A stretch of 64,000 nucleotides of DNA from an uncultured Aliarcobacter sp. (lineage in GTDB: Bacteria; Campylobacterota; Campylobacteria; Campylobacterales; Arcobacteraceae): positions 160,001 through 224,000 of the forward strand of contig OY781945.1 of assembly GCA_963677435.1 (NCBI GenBank), read 5' to 3'. The notes under the pieces are model-generated. The model searched no databases. It had not been told where the DNA came from and worked only from the letters and a program-made list of their open reading frames with translations. A program made the position numbers and the translations under genes. Position 1 is the stretch's first letter, and every line of letters begins with the position of its first letter. Below, in pieces: positions 40,166 through 49,214 of the stretch.

Positions 40166-40968
40166 AAAAAAAGAATGAAGAAATAGAGGGTGAATTAGTT
40201 AGATTAAACAAATTCTTGTCTCATAATAGTAACTACTCAAGAAGAGAAGCTGATAAGCTAATAGAAGAGGGTAGAGTAAAAGTTAATGGTAAAGTTGTAG
40301 TAAATCTTGCAACAAAAGTTTCTAATAGTGATGAAGTACAAATTGGCAAAAAAACAATTAGAGAAGATAAAAATAAAATTAGCACTGTAATTGTTTATAA
40401 TAAACCAAAAGGTGAAATTGTTTCTAAAAAAGATCCACAAGGTAGAAAGACTATTTATGATTCACTTGATCATAAATACAAACACTTTTTAAGTGTTGGA
40501 AGACTTGATTATGCCAGTGAAGGATTATTGCTTTTATCTGATAGTGTAGAAATTGTTAATGCTTTAATGCACTCTGATTTAGAAAGAGTTTATAAAATAA
40601 AAGTAAATGGTGTAATTACTAAACCTGTTGAGCAAGCAATGCAAAATGGTTTAGAAATTGAGGATGCAACATCTGGTGCATTTAAAACTAGTAAAATTAA
40701 ATCTATGACTTTTGCTCCATTTTTAGCTTATGATATTTTAACTAATGCTGAAAAATTTTCAAAAATTAAAGTAGTTATTTCAGAAGGTAAAAATAGAGAG
40801 TTAAGAAGATTTTTTGCCCACTTTGGACTTGATGTACTTGATTTAAAAAGATTAGAATATGGTGGAATTTCTTTAAATAATCTGCCAACTGGAAAAACAA
40901 GATTTTTAACAAAAGAAGAATACAAAAATCTAAGAATCTTTATGAATGAAGATGATAGATCTCTCTAA
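40162..40968 (+). CDS. rRNA pseudouridine synthase (RsuA/RluB family)
   Basis: S4 domain RLNKFL..SRREAD, VGRLDYASEGLLLL, EGKNRE. Confidence 0.93.
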   Translation: MKKKNEEIEGELVRLNKFLSHNSNYSRREADKLIEEGRVKVNGKVVVNLATKVSNSDEVQIGKKTIREDKNKISTVIVYNKPKGEIVSKKDPQGRKTIYDSLDHKYKHFLSVGRLDYASEGLLLLSDSVEIVNALMHSDLERVYKIKVNGVITKPVEQAMQNGLEIEDATSGAFKTSKIKSMTFAPFLAYDILTNAEKFSKIKVVISEGKNRELRRFFAHFGLDVLDLKRLEYGGISLNNLPTGKTRFLTKEEYKNLRIFMNEDDRSL

Positions 40969-42142
40969 TAAACTAAGACCAACAAATTTAGACAATTTCG
41001 TTGGTCAATCCCACATTATCTCAAAAGATAAAGCACTTTACAAACTAATCAAACAAAAAGATATTCCCCATCTATTTTTTTATGGAAAACCAGGAACTGG
41101 AAAAACTACCCTTGCAAAAATAATTGCTCGTGAAATCAACACAGATTATTTTTACTTTAATGCTACAAGTATTAAAGTTGAAGATTTAAGAAAAGTATTT
41201 GATAAATACAAGGGAAGTTTAATTAAACCTTTAATTTTTATTGATGAAGTTCATAGACTTTCTAAAAACCAACAAGAAGTTCTACTTCCAATTATGGAAA
41301 ATTATGATGCAATAATAATTGGTGCAAGTACTGAAAACCCATTTTTTACTTTAACTTCTGCAATTCGTTCAAGATCATTTTTATATGAATTTAAAGCTTT
41401 TACAAAAGAAGAGATGAATAAAATTCTTCATATTGCTTTAAGAGATATAGAGATAAATATTGAACCTCTTGCTTTAGAATACTTGATTACATCAAGTTCA
41501 GGAGATGCAAGAGCAATGCTTACACTTCTTAATTTTGCATATAAAGTATCAAAAGATATTGATGTAAGTTTATTAAGAGAGTTAAGAGAAAATGTAATAG
41601 GAGATGGAGTTTCATCTTCAGATACACACTATGATTTAGCAAGTGCTATGATTAAATCTTTAAGAGGTTCAAATATTGATGCAGCTTTATATTATATGAG
41701 TAGATTAATAAATGGTGGAGAAAGTGTTGATTTTATTACAAGAAGATTAGTAATTTTTGCAAGTGAAGATATTGGAAATGCAAATCCAAATGCTTTAAAT
41801 CTAGCAGTTAATACAATGATGGCTTGTAATAAAATAGGTTATCCAGAATCTAGAATTATACTTTCTCAATGTGCAATCTACTTAGCATCAAGCCCAAAAT
41901 CTAACAGTGCATATAAAGGCGTAAATAAAGCTCTACAAGAGATAAAAGCTGGAAAACTACTTGATATACCAAAACATTTGGATTCACAGCATATAGGCTA
42001 TTTATACCCCCATGATTTTGGTGGATATGTTGAGCAAGAGTATTTGAAAGAAGATTTAAATCTTTATGAGCATTCTAATATTGGATTTGAAAAAACTTTA
42101 AATGAATGGTTGTTAAAAATAAAAAATAAAAAAGAGGATTAA
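40946..42142 (+). CDS. rarA: Replication-associated recombination protein A
   Basis: GKPGTGKTT, IDEVHR, STENP, KSLRGS, SEDIGNA. Confidence 0.95.
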   Translation: MKMIDLSNKLRPTNLDNFVGQSHIISKDKALYKLIKQKDIPHLFFYGKPGTGKTTLAKIIAREINTDYFYFNATSIKVEDLRKVFDKYKGSLIKPLIFIDEVHRLSKNQQEVLLPIMENYDAIIIGASTENPFFTLTSAIRSRSFLYEFKAFTKEEMNKILHIALRDIEINIEPLALEYLITSSSGDARAMLTLLNFAYKVSKDIDVSLLRELRENVIGDGVSSSDTHYDLASAMIKSLRGSNIDAALYYMSRLINGGESVDFITRRLVIFASEDIGNANPNALNLAVNTMMACNKIGYPESRIILSQCAIYLASSPKSNSAYKGVNKALQEIKAGKLLDIPKHLDSQHIGYLYPHDFGGYVEQEYLKEDLNLYEHSNIGFEKTLNEWLLKIKNKKED

Positions 42143-42143
42143 A

Positions 42144-42665
42144 ATGGAATATTACACTTGGGTTTTAACTTTTCATATTGTAGCATTTATGTCATGGATG
42201 GCAATGCTATTTTATCTACCTAGACTTTTTGTTTATCATGTAGAAAATATTGAAAAAAAAGAGTATGTTGAAATTGTAAAAATTCAAGAGTACAAAATTT
42301 ATAAATATATTGGAATGCCTGCAATGTGGGCAACTATATTAAGTGGTATAACAATGCTTACATTAAATCCTTATTTACTTGATTTTACTACTTCTCCATG
42401 GATGTATGCAAAGCTTACAGCGCTGTTCTTTTTAATTATATACTCTTTTTCTCTTGAAAAATATAGAAAAGAATTAGAAAATGATTCTTGTAAAAAAAGT
42501 GGTAAATTTTTTAGAATGTATAATGAACTTCCAACCATGCTATCAATATTAATCGTAGGATATGTTATAACTAAAACATTTTCTTTACTATTTACTTTAA
42601 TAATTGTGCTACTATTTGCATACATATCTTATGTAATAATGAAACCAAAAAGAGAGACTAAATAA
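42144..42665 (+). CDS. hemJ: Protoporphyrinogen oxidase HemJ
   Basis: FHIVAFMSWMAMLFYLPRLFVYH, RMYNELP. Confidence 0.93.
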   Translation: MEYYTWVLTFHIVAFMSWMAMLFYLPRLFVYHVENIEKKEYVEIVKIQEYKIYKYIGMPAMWATILSGITMLTLNPYLLDFTTSPWMYAKLTALFFLIIYSFSLEKYRKELENDSCKKSGKFFRMYNELPTMLSILIVGYVITKTFSLLFTLIIVLLFAYISYVIMKPKRETK

Positions 42666-44068
42666 TGAATTTTGAGAAATATTATATATTAGACACAAAT
42701 ATTTTACTTGAAGATGCTTCAAACATATATAAACTTTCTCAAGATGGAAAAAATCTAATAATTTTAGCAGAAACAGTTCTAGATGAAATTGATACAAAAA
42801 AGAGTGGATTTGATGAAATAAATTTTCAAGCAAGAGAATTTGCAAGAATCCTTGAAAATGCAATTATTGTTGAATCAATCAAAAAAGATTTATATAAAAT
42901 TATTAGATTAAAAATCAACGAAAAAAATACTTTTATTGATATTATTTCAAAAGAAGAGTATGAAGTTAATATTAAAAATGTATCATTAAATATTATAAAT
43001 GATAGAAAAATACTTGAAATTGCAAGTTTTGCTAACAGCTACTACAAAAAACAAGTAGAGTTTTTATCTTTAGACATTATGGCAAGAACAAGAGCTATAT
43101 CACTTGATATAAAAACTGATGCCTTAGTTGGAAAAGATAAAGATGCCTTTGATTTTGAATTTAGCAAAGAAATTACTATTAATTTTGAAGACTTAGAATT
43201 TATTGATAATCAACTAATTGAAAATTTTGATAAAGATCATAAACCGTACAACTTTTCTTATTGCTTCAAAGTTAAATCCTCAGATCAAGTAATATTAGCA
43301 AATATTCAAAATAAAAGAATAAAACTCTTAGATGAGAACGAAATAAGAGATCAAGTAATAACTCCATTAAATAAAGAACAACTTTTCTTCAGTGATGCAA
43401 TTTTAAGCCACCTATACAACGTTTTAATTGTAGAAGCTAAGGCTGGTTCAGGAAAAACACTTTTAGCCCTTAGTGGTGCCTTAAAACTTGTCAGACAAAA
43501 GTTCTTTCAAAAGATTATATATATAAGAAATTCAATTGAGTCACTTGATAAAGGAGAAGATGTTGGATATCTTCCAGGACTTGAAGAAAAATTCAAAATA
43601 TATAATCATCCTTTGATGGATAGCTTAGATTATATAATAAGAACTGAACACAAAAGAAAAAGAAACAAAAAGAATCCAGACCTTGTGGTATCAGAACTTG
43701 ATGATAGTGAAGTAACAGCTAGAATTGAGCAAATGATAAGTAATTATGGAATTGAAACAATGTGGGTAGGGGAAATGAGAGGAAGAACTCTTTCAAATGC
43801 TTTTATTATAATTGATGAAGCACAAAATATGTCTAACAAAACTATGCAAATGGTATTATCAAGAATTGACAGCAGTTGTAAAGTTGTAGTTCTTGGATCT
43901 AATAAACAAATAGATAACTTCTATGTTAATAAATATACTAATGCACTAACTACACTTTTAAAATCAACTAAAAATGAAAATACACTTGTAAACACATATG
44001 CAATTAAATTACAAAAAGTTTTAAGAGGTCCGATAACAGAGTGGGCTGAAGAAATATTCTCAAAATAA
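42665..44068 (+). CDS. PIN-PhoH (PhoH2/YlaK-like) protein
   Basis: PIN ILDTNILL, NDRKIL; PhoH AGSGKT, GYLPG, MRGRT, IDEAQN. Confidence 0.92.
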   Translation: MNFEKYYILDTNILLEDASNIYKLSQDGKNLIILAETVLDEIDTKKSGFDEINFQAREFARILENAIIVESIKKDLYKIIRLKINEKNTFIDIISKEEYEVNIKNVSLNIINDRKILEIASFANSYYKKQVEFLSLDIMARTRAISLDIKTDALVGKDKDAFDFEFSKEITINFEDLEFIDNQLIENFDKDHKPYNFSYCFKVKSSDQVILANIQNKRIKLLDENEIRDQVITPLNKEQLFFSDAILSHLYNVLIVEAKAGSGKTLLALSGALKLVRQKFFQKIIYIRNSIESLDKGEDVGYLPGLEEKFKIYNHPLMDSLDYIIRTEHKRKRNKKNPDLVVSELDDSEVTARIEQMISNYGIETMWVGEMRGRTLSNAFIIIDEAQNMSNKTMQMVLSRIDSSCKVVVLGSNKQIDNFYVNKYTNALTTLLKSTKNENTLVNTYAIKLQKVLRGPITEWAEEIFSK

Positions 44069-44094
44069 TATCCATAAATAAATTTTATGGATAT
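44068..44094. terminator. Hairpin after PIN-PhoH
   Basis: ATATCCATAAA/TTTATGGATAT inverted repeat. Confidence 0.55.
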
Positions 44095-44362
44095 AAAATA
44101 AATCTATTATAACTCTTTTTTTAAATCATAATATAAATCATTTTCACTTATATAAAATTTTATTATATATAATTTACTCTAGTTTAAATCTTACATATTA
44201 TATTTAAATTAAAAATGTATTTTAATATAATAAAACTCAAATCAGAAGCCTAAAATTGGTATTATTTTAGAGATATGCTCTAGAAAAAATTTATGCTAAT
44301 AAAAATATTCAATAATTCTATTATGTGTTATAATACATATTATAATACATAAAGGAATATAT

Positions 44363-44749
44363 ATGGGATTGTTACAATATACTTCAAATGAAATGTTTTC
44401 TTCAACAGAACTTGTAAGAAAAAGCAAAAAAATTTTTGATAAATTGAATAAAGAAGAAATTGAAAAAGCAATAATTTTAAGGGATGGTAAACCTGGAATT
44501 ATACTTCTTGATTTCAATTTTTATGAAAAAATAATGACAGAATATCTAACTTTAAAACAACAAACAAATAAAGCAAACGGTTCTATAAAAGCAGCAACTG
44601 TAAAACAAAAAGCTGAAATTAATAAGGAAATAGACTTAGATAATAATTCAATTATCATAAAAGAAAATGAAATAGATAATCTTGAATTTTCATTTAATTC
44701 AGATTTAACAAAAGATAAAGAAGAACCACTAAAAGAATTTTGGGATTAA
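44363..44749 (+). CDS. Phd/YefM-like antitoxin-domain protein with acidic tail
   Basis: FSSTELVRKSKKIFDKL...AIILRDGKPGIILLDFNFYE matches the Phd fold pattern. Confidence 0.65.
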   Translation: MGLLQYTSNEMFSSTELVRKSKKIFDKLNKEEIEKAIILRDGKPGIILLDFNFYEKIMTEYLTLKQQTNKANGSIKAATVKQKAEINKEIDLDNNSIIIKENEIDNLEFSFNSDLTKDKEEPLKEFWD

Positions 44750-44751
44750 CT

Positions 44752-46353
44752 ATGATTGATGTTCTTATAATTGGTTCAGGTATAGCTGGATTAACAGCAG
44801 CAATAAATGCATCTCAAAATAACTCAAATGTTTTAGTATTATCTAAAACATTTCCAACACATTCACAAAGTGCACAAGCACAGGGTGGAATAAATGCTGT
44901 TTTATATGAAGGAAATGACAACATTAACAATCACATAGAAGATACATATAAAGCATCATGCAATCTAGCAAATAAAGAAAATATAAGTATAATGTGTGAA
45001 AATGCTAAAGATTCAATTTTATGGCTAGATAAAATTGGAGTGCCATTTAATAGAACTAATGATAATAAAATTGCACAAAGAAAATTTGGTGGAACATCAA
45101 AAATTAGAACATGTTATTCAAGTGATTATACTGGTTTAAAAATCTTACATACTCTTTATGATAAAGCAATAGATCTAAATATTAAAATTGAAAGTGAACA
45201 TTTACTGTTAAATCTAATCATAAAAGAGCAACTATGTATTGGAGTAACTGCACTTGATATAAATAGCGGAATTGTTAAAGAATATTATTCTAAAACAGTA
45301 TTATTAGCAACAGGTGGATATGCAGGCATTTATTCAAAACATACTACAAATTCATATTCAAATACAGGAGATGGCATTGCAGTTGCATTTAATGCTGGAG
45401 TTGAATTGTCAAATATGGAATTTGTTCAATTTCACCCAACAACTTTAGAAAACTCAAATATTCTAATAAGTGAAAGTGCTAGAGGAGAGGGTGGACTTTT
45501 ACTAGATAAAGATGAAAATAGATTTATTGATGAACTAAAACCAAGAGATGAAGTTGCTCGTGCAATCTATGAACGAATTTTGAATAATGAAAAAGTATAT
45601 TTAGATCTAAGACATTTTGGACTTGATAAGATAAAAGAATTAATCCCTCAAGAAAGAAACTTAGCTTTAGAGTATTCAAATATTAAAATAGAAAATGAGC
45701 TATTACCTATTACACCAGCAGCTCATTACAGTATGGGTGGAATAAAAACTGATATAGAAGGAAAAACAAATATAAAGAATCTTTATGCCTGTGGTGAATG
45801 TGCACAATCATTTATTCATGGTGCAAATAGATTAGGTGGAAATTCTTTATTAGAAATTGTTACTTATGGTAAGATTGTAGGATTAAGTGCATCTAATGAT
45901 TCAAAAGAAGTCACCACTATTGAAAATATATCAAATCAATTATCTTTAGATAAAGAGTTTGTAGATAATCTTTATAAAAATCAAAATGAAATAAATTTTT
46001 ATTCAAAAAAAGAAGAAATAAGTGCTTTACTTTTTGAAAAATTAGGTTTATTTAGAAATGAATCTGATATGTCAATTTTATTAGAAAAATTAAAAGATAT
46101 AGAATCAAATATCCCAAATATGGGAATAGGGGATAAATCAAAAATCTATAATAAAAACTTAGTTGAATTTATTGAATTTATAAATATAGTAAAAGTTTCA
46201 ATACTTACAGCATTATGTGCAAAAGAAAGATTAGAAAGTAGAGGGAGTCATTATAGATTGGACTATCCAATCAAAAATGATTCATATGAAAAAACATCTT
46301 TGATTAGAAAAGTAGGGGATAAAATCAAAATTGAGTTTGAGGAAATATTATGA
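44752..46353 (+). CDS. SdhA/FrdA-family flavoprotein subunit
   Basis: GSGIAG, AQGGINA, QFHPT, ESARGEGG, HYSMGG, HGANRLGGNSL; ATG 44752 is the likely start. Confidence 0.9.
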   Translation: MIDVLIIGSGIAGLTAAINASQNNSNVLVLSKTFPTHSQSAQAQGGINAVLYEGNDNINNHIEDTYKASCNLANKENISIMCENAKDSILWLDKIGVPFNRTNDNKIAQRKFGGTSKIRTCYSSDYTGLKILHTLYDKAIDLNIKIESEHLLLNLIIKEQLCIGVTALDINSGIVKEYYSKTVLLATGGYAGIYSKHTTNSYSNTGDGIAVAFNAGVELSNMEFVQFHPTTLENSNILISESARGEGGLLLDKDENRFIDELKPRDEVARAIYERILNNEKVYLDLRHFGLDKIKELIPQERNLALEYSNIKIENELLPITPAAHYSMGGIKTDIEGKTNIKNLYACGECAQSFIHGANRLGGNSLLEIVTYGKIVGLSASNDSKEVTTIENISNQLSLDKEFVDNLYKNQNEINFYSKKEEISALLFEKLGLFRNESDMSILLEKLKDIESNIPNMGIGDKSKIYNKNLVEFIEFINIVKVSILTALCAKERLESRGSHYRLDYPIKNDSYEKTSLIRKVGDKIKIEFEEIL

Positions 46354-47087
46354 AAATTTCTATTAAAAGATTTAACAGTGAAATTCTTGAGCCAAATTAT
46401 ATATCTGAATATGAAGTTAATAACACTAATTTACTTCAAGCTCTAACTGAAATCAAAACTAAAGAAGATAATAGTTTAACATTTAGATGTGGTTGTAAAA
46501 GTGGTGTGTGTGGTTCTTGTGCAATTAGAGTTAATGGAATTGAGAAACTTGCATGTAAAACATTTATAAAAGAAAATGATTTTATTGAGCCAATTAAAAA
46601 TTCAAATATAATAAAGGATTTGATAGTAAATGTTTCACATGAAACAATTTTGATAAAGAAAACAAAAATTTCACTAGATGAAAATGAAGATTTAAGAGAA
46701 ATATCTCAAGAAGATATAAAGAAAATTGATTTACAAAGTAATTGTATTCTTTGTAATTCATGTTATAGCTCTTGCCCTGTTTACGATGCAAATAAAAACT
46801 TCCTAGGGCCTTTTGCACTAACAAGAGCATTGAGATACCTAAATGATAAAAAACTCTTAAATAAAGCAACTATACTTGATTCAATTCAATCAAGTGGAAT
46901 ATGGGATTGTACCTTATGTAGTGCATGCACATTAGTTTGTCCACAAAGTATAGATCCAAAAGCAGATATTATGCAATTACAAAATATATCAGTTCAAAAT
47001 GGATATACAAATCCATATGCGAAAAGTTTTGATTTTAATGAAAGTTTTGGGGATGATTTTGGTGGGTTTAATCCAAATGGATTTTAA
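46350..47087 (+). CDS. SdhB/FrdB-family Fe-S subunit
   Basis: CKSGVCGSC...LAC; CILCNSCYSSC; CTLCSACTLVCP. Confidence 0.9.
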   Translation: MKISIKRFNSEILEPNYISEYEVNNTNLLQALTEIKTKEDNSLTFRCGCKSGVCGSCAIRVNGIEKLACKTFIKENDFIEPIKNSNIIKDLIVNVSHETILIKKTKISLDENEDLREISQEDIKKIDLQSNCILCNSCYSSCPVYDANKNFLGPFALTRALRYLNDKKLLNKATILDSIQSSGIWDCTLCSACTLVCPQSIDPKADIMQLQNISVQNGYTNPYAKSFDFNESFGDDFGGFNPNGF

Positions 47088-47113
47088 ATAGAGAGGAACT
47101 TCTCTCTATTTAA
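47084..47113. terminator. Bidirectional terminator
   Basis: TTAAATAGAGAG/CTCTCTATTTAA between convergent genes. Confidence 0.75.
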
Positions 47114-47117
47114 TGAA

Positions 47118-48182
47118 TTATAAGTTATCTTTTAAATATAAATAATCAGACATTTTTGTCCACTCTCTTACTTTTTTCATATAAGCATCTTGTGAATCTA
47201 AAATCTCTTTTAATAAAGGGTTTTCTGCTGACATTTCAGTTCTTAACTCTTGATTAGCTTTTTTCATAGCATCCATAATATCTTTTGAAAAAGTTTTTAC
47301 TTGAATATTAGGATACTCAGCTTTCATCTCTTGCCAAGCATTTGCATTCATATCATAATTATGAATATACATATCATATGCACTTACTCTCATAGCAACA
47401 ACTAATATTTGTTGTAAATCAGCTGGTAATTTTTCAAATTTTTTAGTATTAATTAAATACTGCATTTCAGAAGCTGGTTCATGCCAACCTGTATAATAAT
47501 ATGGTGCAATTTTATGAAATCCCATTGAAATATCCATAGAAGGGCCAACCCATTCTAAAGCATCAAGGTTATTTGTTTCTAATGAAGTAAAAAGTTCACC
47601 TGCTGGTACATTCGTAACTTGAACACCAAGTTTTGCCATAATTTCTCCAGCAAAGCCAGGTATTCTCATTTTTAGACCTTTTAAATCATCAAGAGTTTTA
47701 ATCTCTTTTTTAAACCATCCACCCATTTGAACACCAGTGCTTCCACCAGGAAATGATAGAACACCATGTTTATCATAAACTTTTTTCATAAGTTCCATTC
47801 CACCACCATGATAAAACCAAGCGTATTGTTCAGGTGATGTTAAACCAAAAGGCATAGAAGTAAAAGGTAAAGTATTTATATCCTTTCCTTTCCAATAATA
47901 TGATGCAGTGTGAGCCATATCATATTGTCCACCTTTAACCATATCAAAAACACCTAAAGGTGCTTTATGTTTATTAGCAGAATCAACTCTAATGATTAAT
48001 CTGCCATCAGACATTTCTTCTGCTAGTTTAGCCATACTTTTTGCAGTATCAATTAAAGGAGAAGCTGTCTCTCCCCAAGTTGTAGCCATTGATAATTTAT
48101 ATACTTTGTCATTTGCACTTAAAACTAAAGATGTAGCAAATAAAGTTAATAAAATACAAAGTTTTTTGATTGTTTTTTTCAT
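47118..48182 (-). CDS. TRAP transporter solute-binding protein (DctP/TakP-like)
   Basis: Signal peptide; ASYYWKG, QMGGWF, LKMRIPG, EWVGP, GWHEP. Confidence 0.92.
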   Translation of the reverse strand: MKKTIKKLCILLTLFATSLVLSANDKVYKLSMATTWGETASPLIDTAKSMAKLAEEMSDGRLIIRVDSANKHKAPLGVFDMVKGGQYDMAHTASYYWKGKDINTLPFTSMPFGLTSPEQYAWFYHGGGMELMKKVYDKHGVLSFPGGSTGVQMGGWFKKEIKTLDDLKGLKMRIPGFAGEIMAKLGVQVTNVPAGELFTSLETNNLDALEWVGPSMDISMGFHKIAPYYYTGWHEPASEMQYLINTKKFEKLPADLQQILVVAMRVSAYDMYIHNYDMNANAWQEMKAEYPNIQVKTFSKDIMDAMKKANQELRTEMSAENPLLKEILDSQDAYMKKVREWTKMSDYLYLKDNL

Positions 48183-48233
48183 AATTTCTCCTAAAAATTG
48201 AAGAATTATATATTTAAGAAAATATTAAAAGGC

Positions 48234-48854
48234 TTAAGTAAAAAGGCAATCTTTTAAATTCTTTTTATTATTCCATTTAAGTTTTTTGAGTTCTGGTTCA
48301 TCATAAAATTCTTTTGTATAACCAAAACATAAATAAGCAATAAACTTGTATTCATTTTTGTCAATATCAAATATTTTGTTTATTTTTTTTGCTTTTAGAA
48401 TTGAAACCCAACCCATACCAATATTTAAAGCTCGTGCAGTAAGCCACATATTTAAAATTGCACATACAACAGAATATTCACCAGTTCTTTTCATATAAGT
48501 TTGACCTAAAACATTCTCTTTACTTTTTTTATAATAAACAGCTATGTTAATATCAGATTCTTTAATTCCTTCAAGTTTTAAACTATTATATAAAGGTTTA
48601 TCAATAAAATTCTTTTTACTTTTTTCAAATGATTTAGAGAAATGCTTATATACAAGTTCTTGCTTCTCTTTATTTACAATAAGAAATTTCCATGGTTGAG
48701 AGTATCCTACAGATGGGGCATTTAAAGCAGATTGCAAAATTATATCAAGCTTTTTGCTTGATATCTTTTTATTTATGAAGTTATTACCTCTTACATCTCT
48801 TCTTAAAGTGATAATTTTTGTAAGAGTATTTAAATCTTTTTTATTAAATTTCAT
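48234..48854 (-). CDS. bluB: 5,6-dimethylbenzimidazole synthase
   Basis: RRDVR, APSVGYSQPW, LKLEGIKE, LGQT, NMWLTARA..GMGWVS. Confidence 0.9.
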   Translation of the reverse strand: MKFNKKDLNTLTKIITLRRDVRGNNFINKKISSKKLDIILQSALNAPSVGYSQPWKFLIVNKEKQELVYKHFSKSFEKSKKNFIDKPLYNSLKLEGIKESDINIAVYYKKSKENVLGQTYMKRTGEYSVVCAILNMWLTARALNIGMGWVSILKAKKINKIFDIDKNEYKFIAYLCFGYTKEFYDEPELKKLKWNNKKNLKDCLFT

Positions 48855-49156
48855 TAGATAGAAAAATCATGTAGATCTTTGAATAAGAATGCTTCAACAA
48901 TCTCATCAATACTTTTTTGACTAGGAGCAATTAAAGCAATTATTCCCTCATCCATAAATGGCCAAACATATTCTAATTCATTTATTACAACAACAGCATC
49001 AATCCAAACTGTTATATCTTCTCTTCTGTCAAAAAATTCAACATTAGAGATTTTACCTTCATCTAAAGTTACAAATGCCCATGCTTTATTTTCTTCAATA
49101 GATGAAATTATACATTCATGTCTATTTTTTGAATCTACTGGTATTAAAATTGTCAT
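48854..49156 (-). CDS. Small NifB/NifX-like protein (tentative)
   Basis: ILIPVD N-terminus and SIDEIVEAF C-terminus resemble the family. Confidence 0.45.
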   Translation of the reverse strand: MTILIPVDSKNRHECIISSIEENKAWAFVTLDEGKISNVEFFDRREDITVWIDAVVVINELEYVWPFMDEGIIALIAPSQKSIDEIVEAFLFKDLHDFSI

Positions 49157-49214
49157 ATAAGTCTCTTTTCAAATGTTTTATTAAGTATATATTGTGATTT
49201 TACTATCTTTTATC

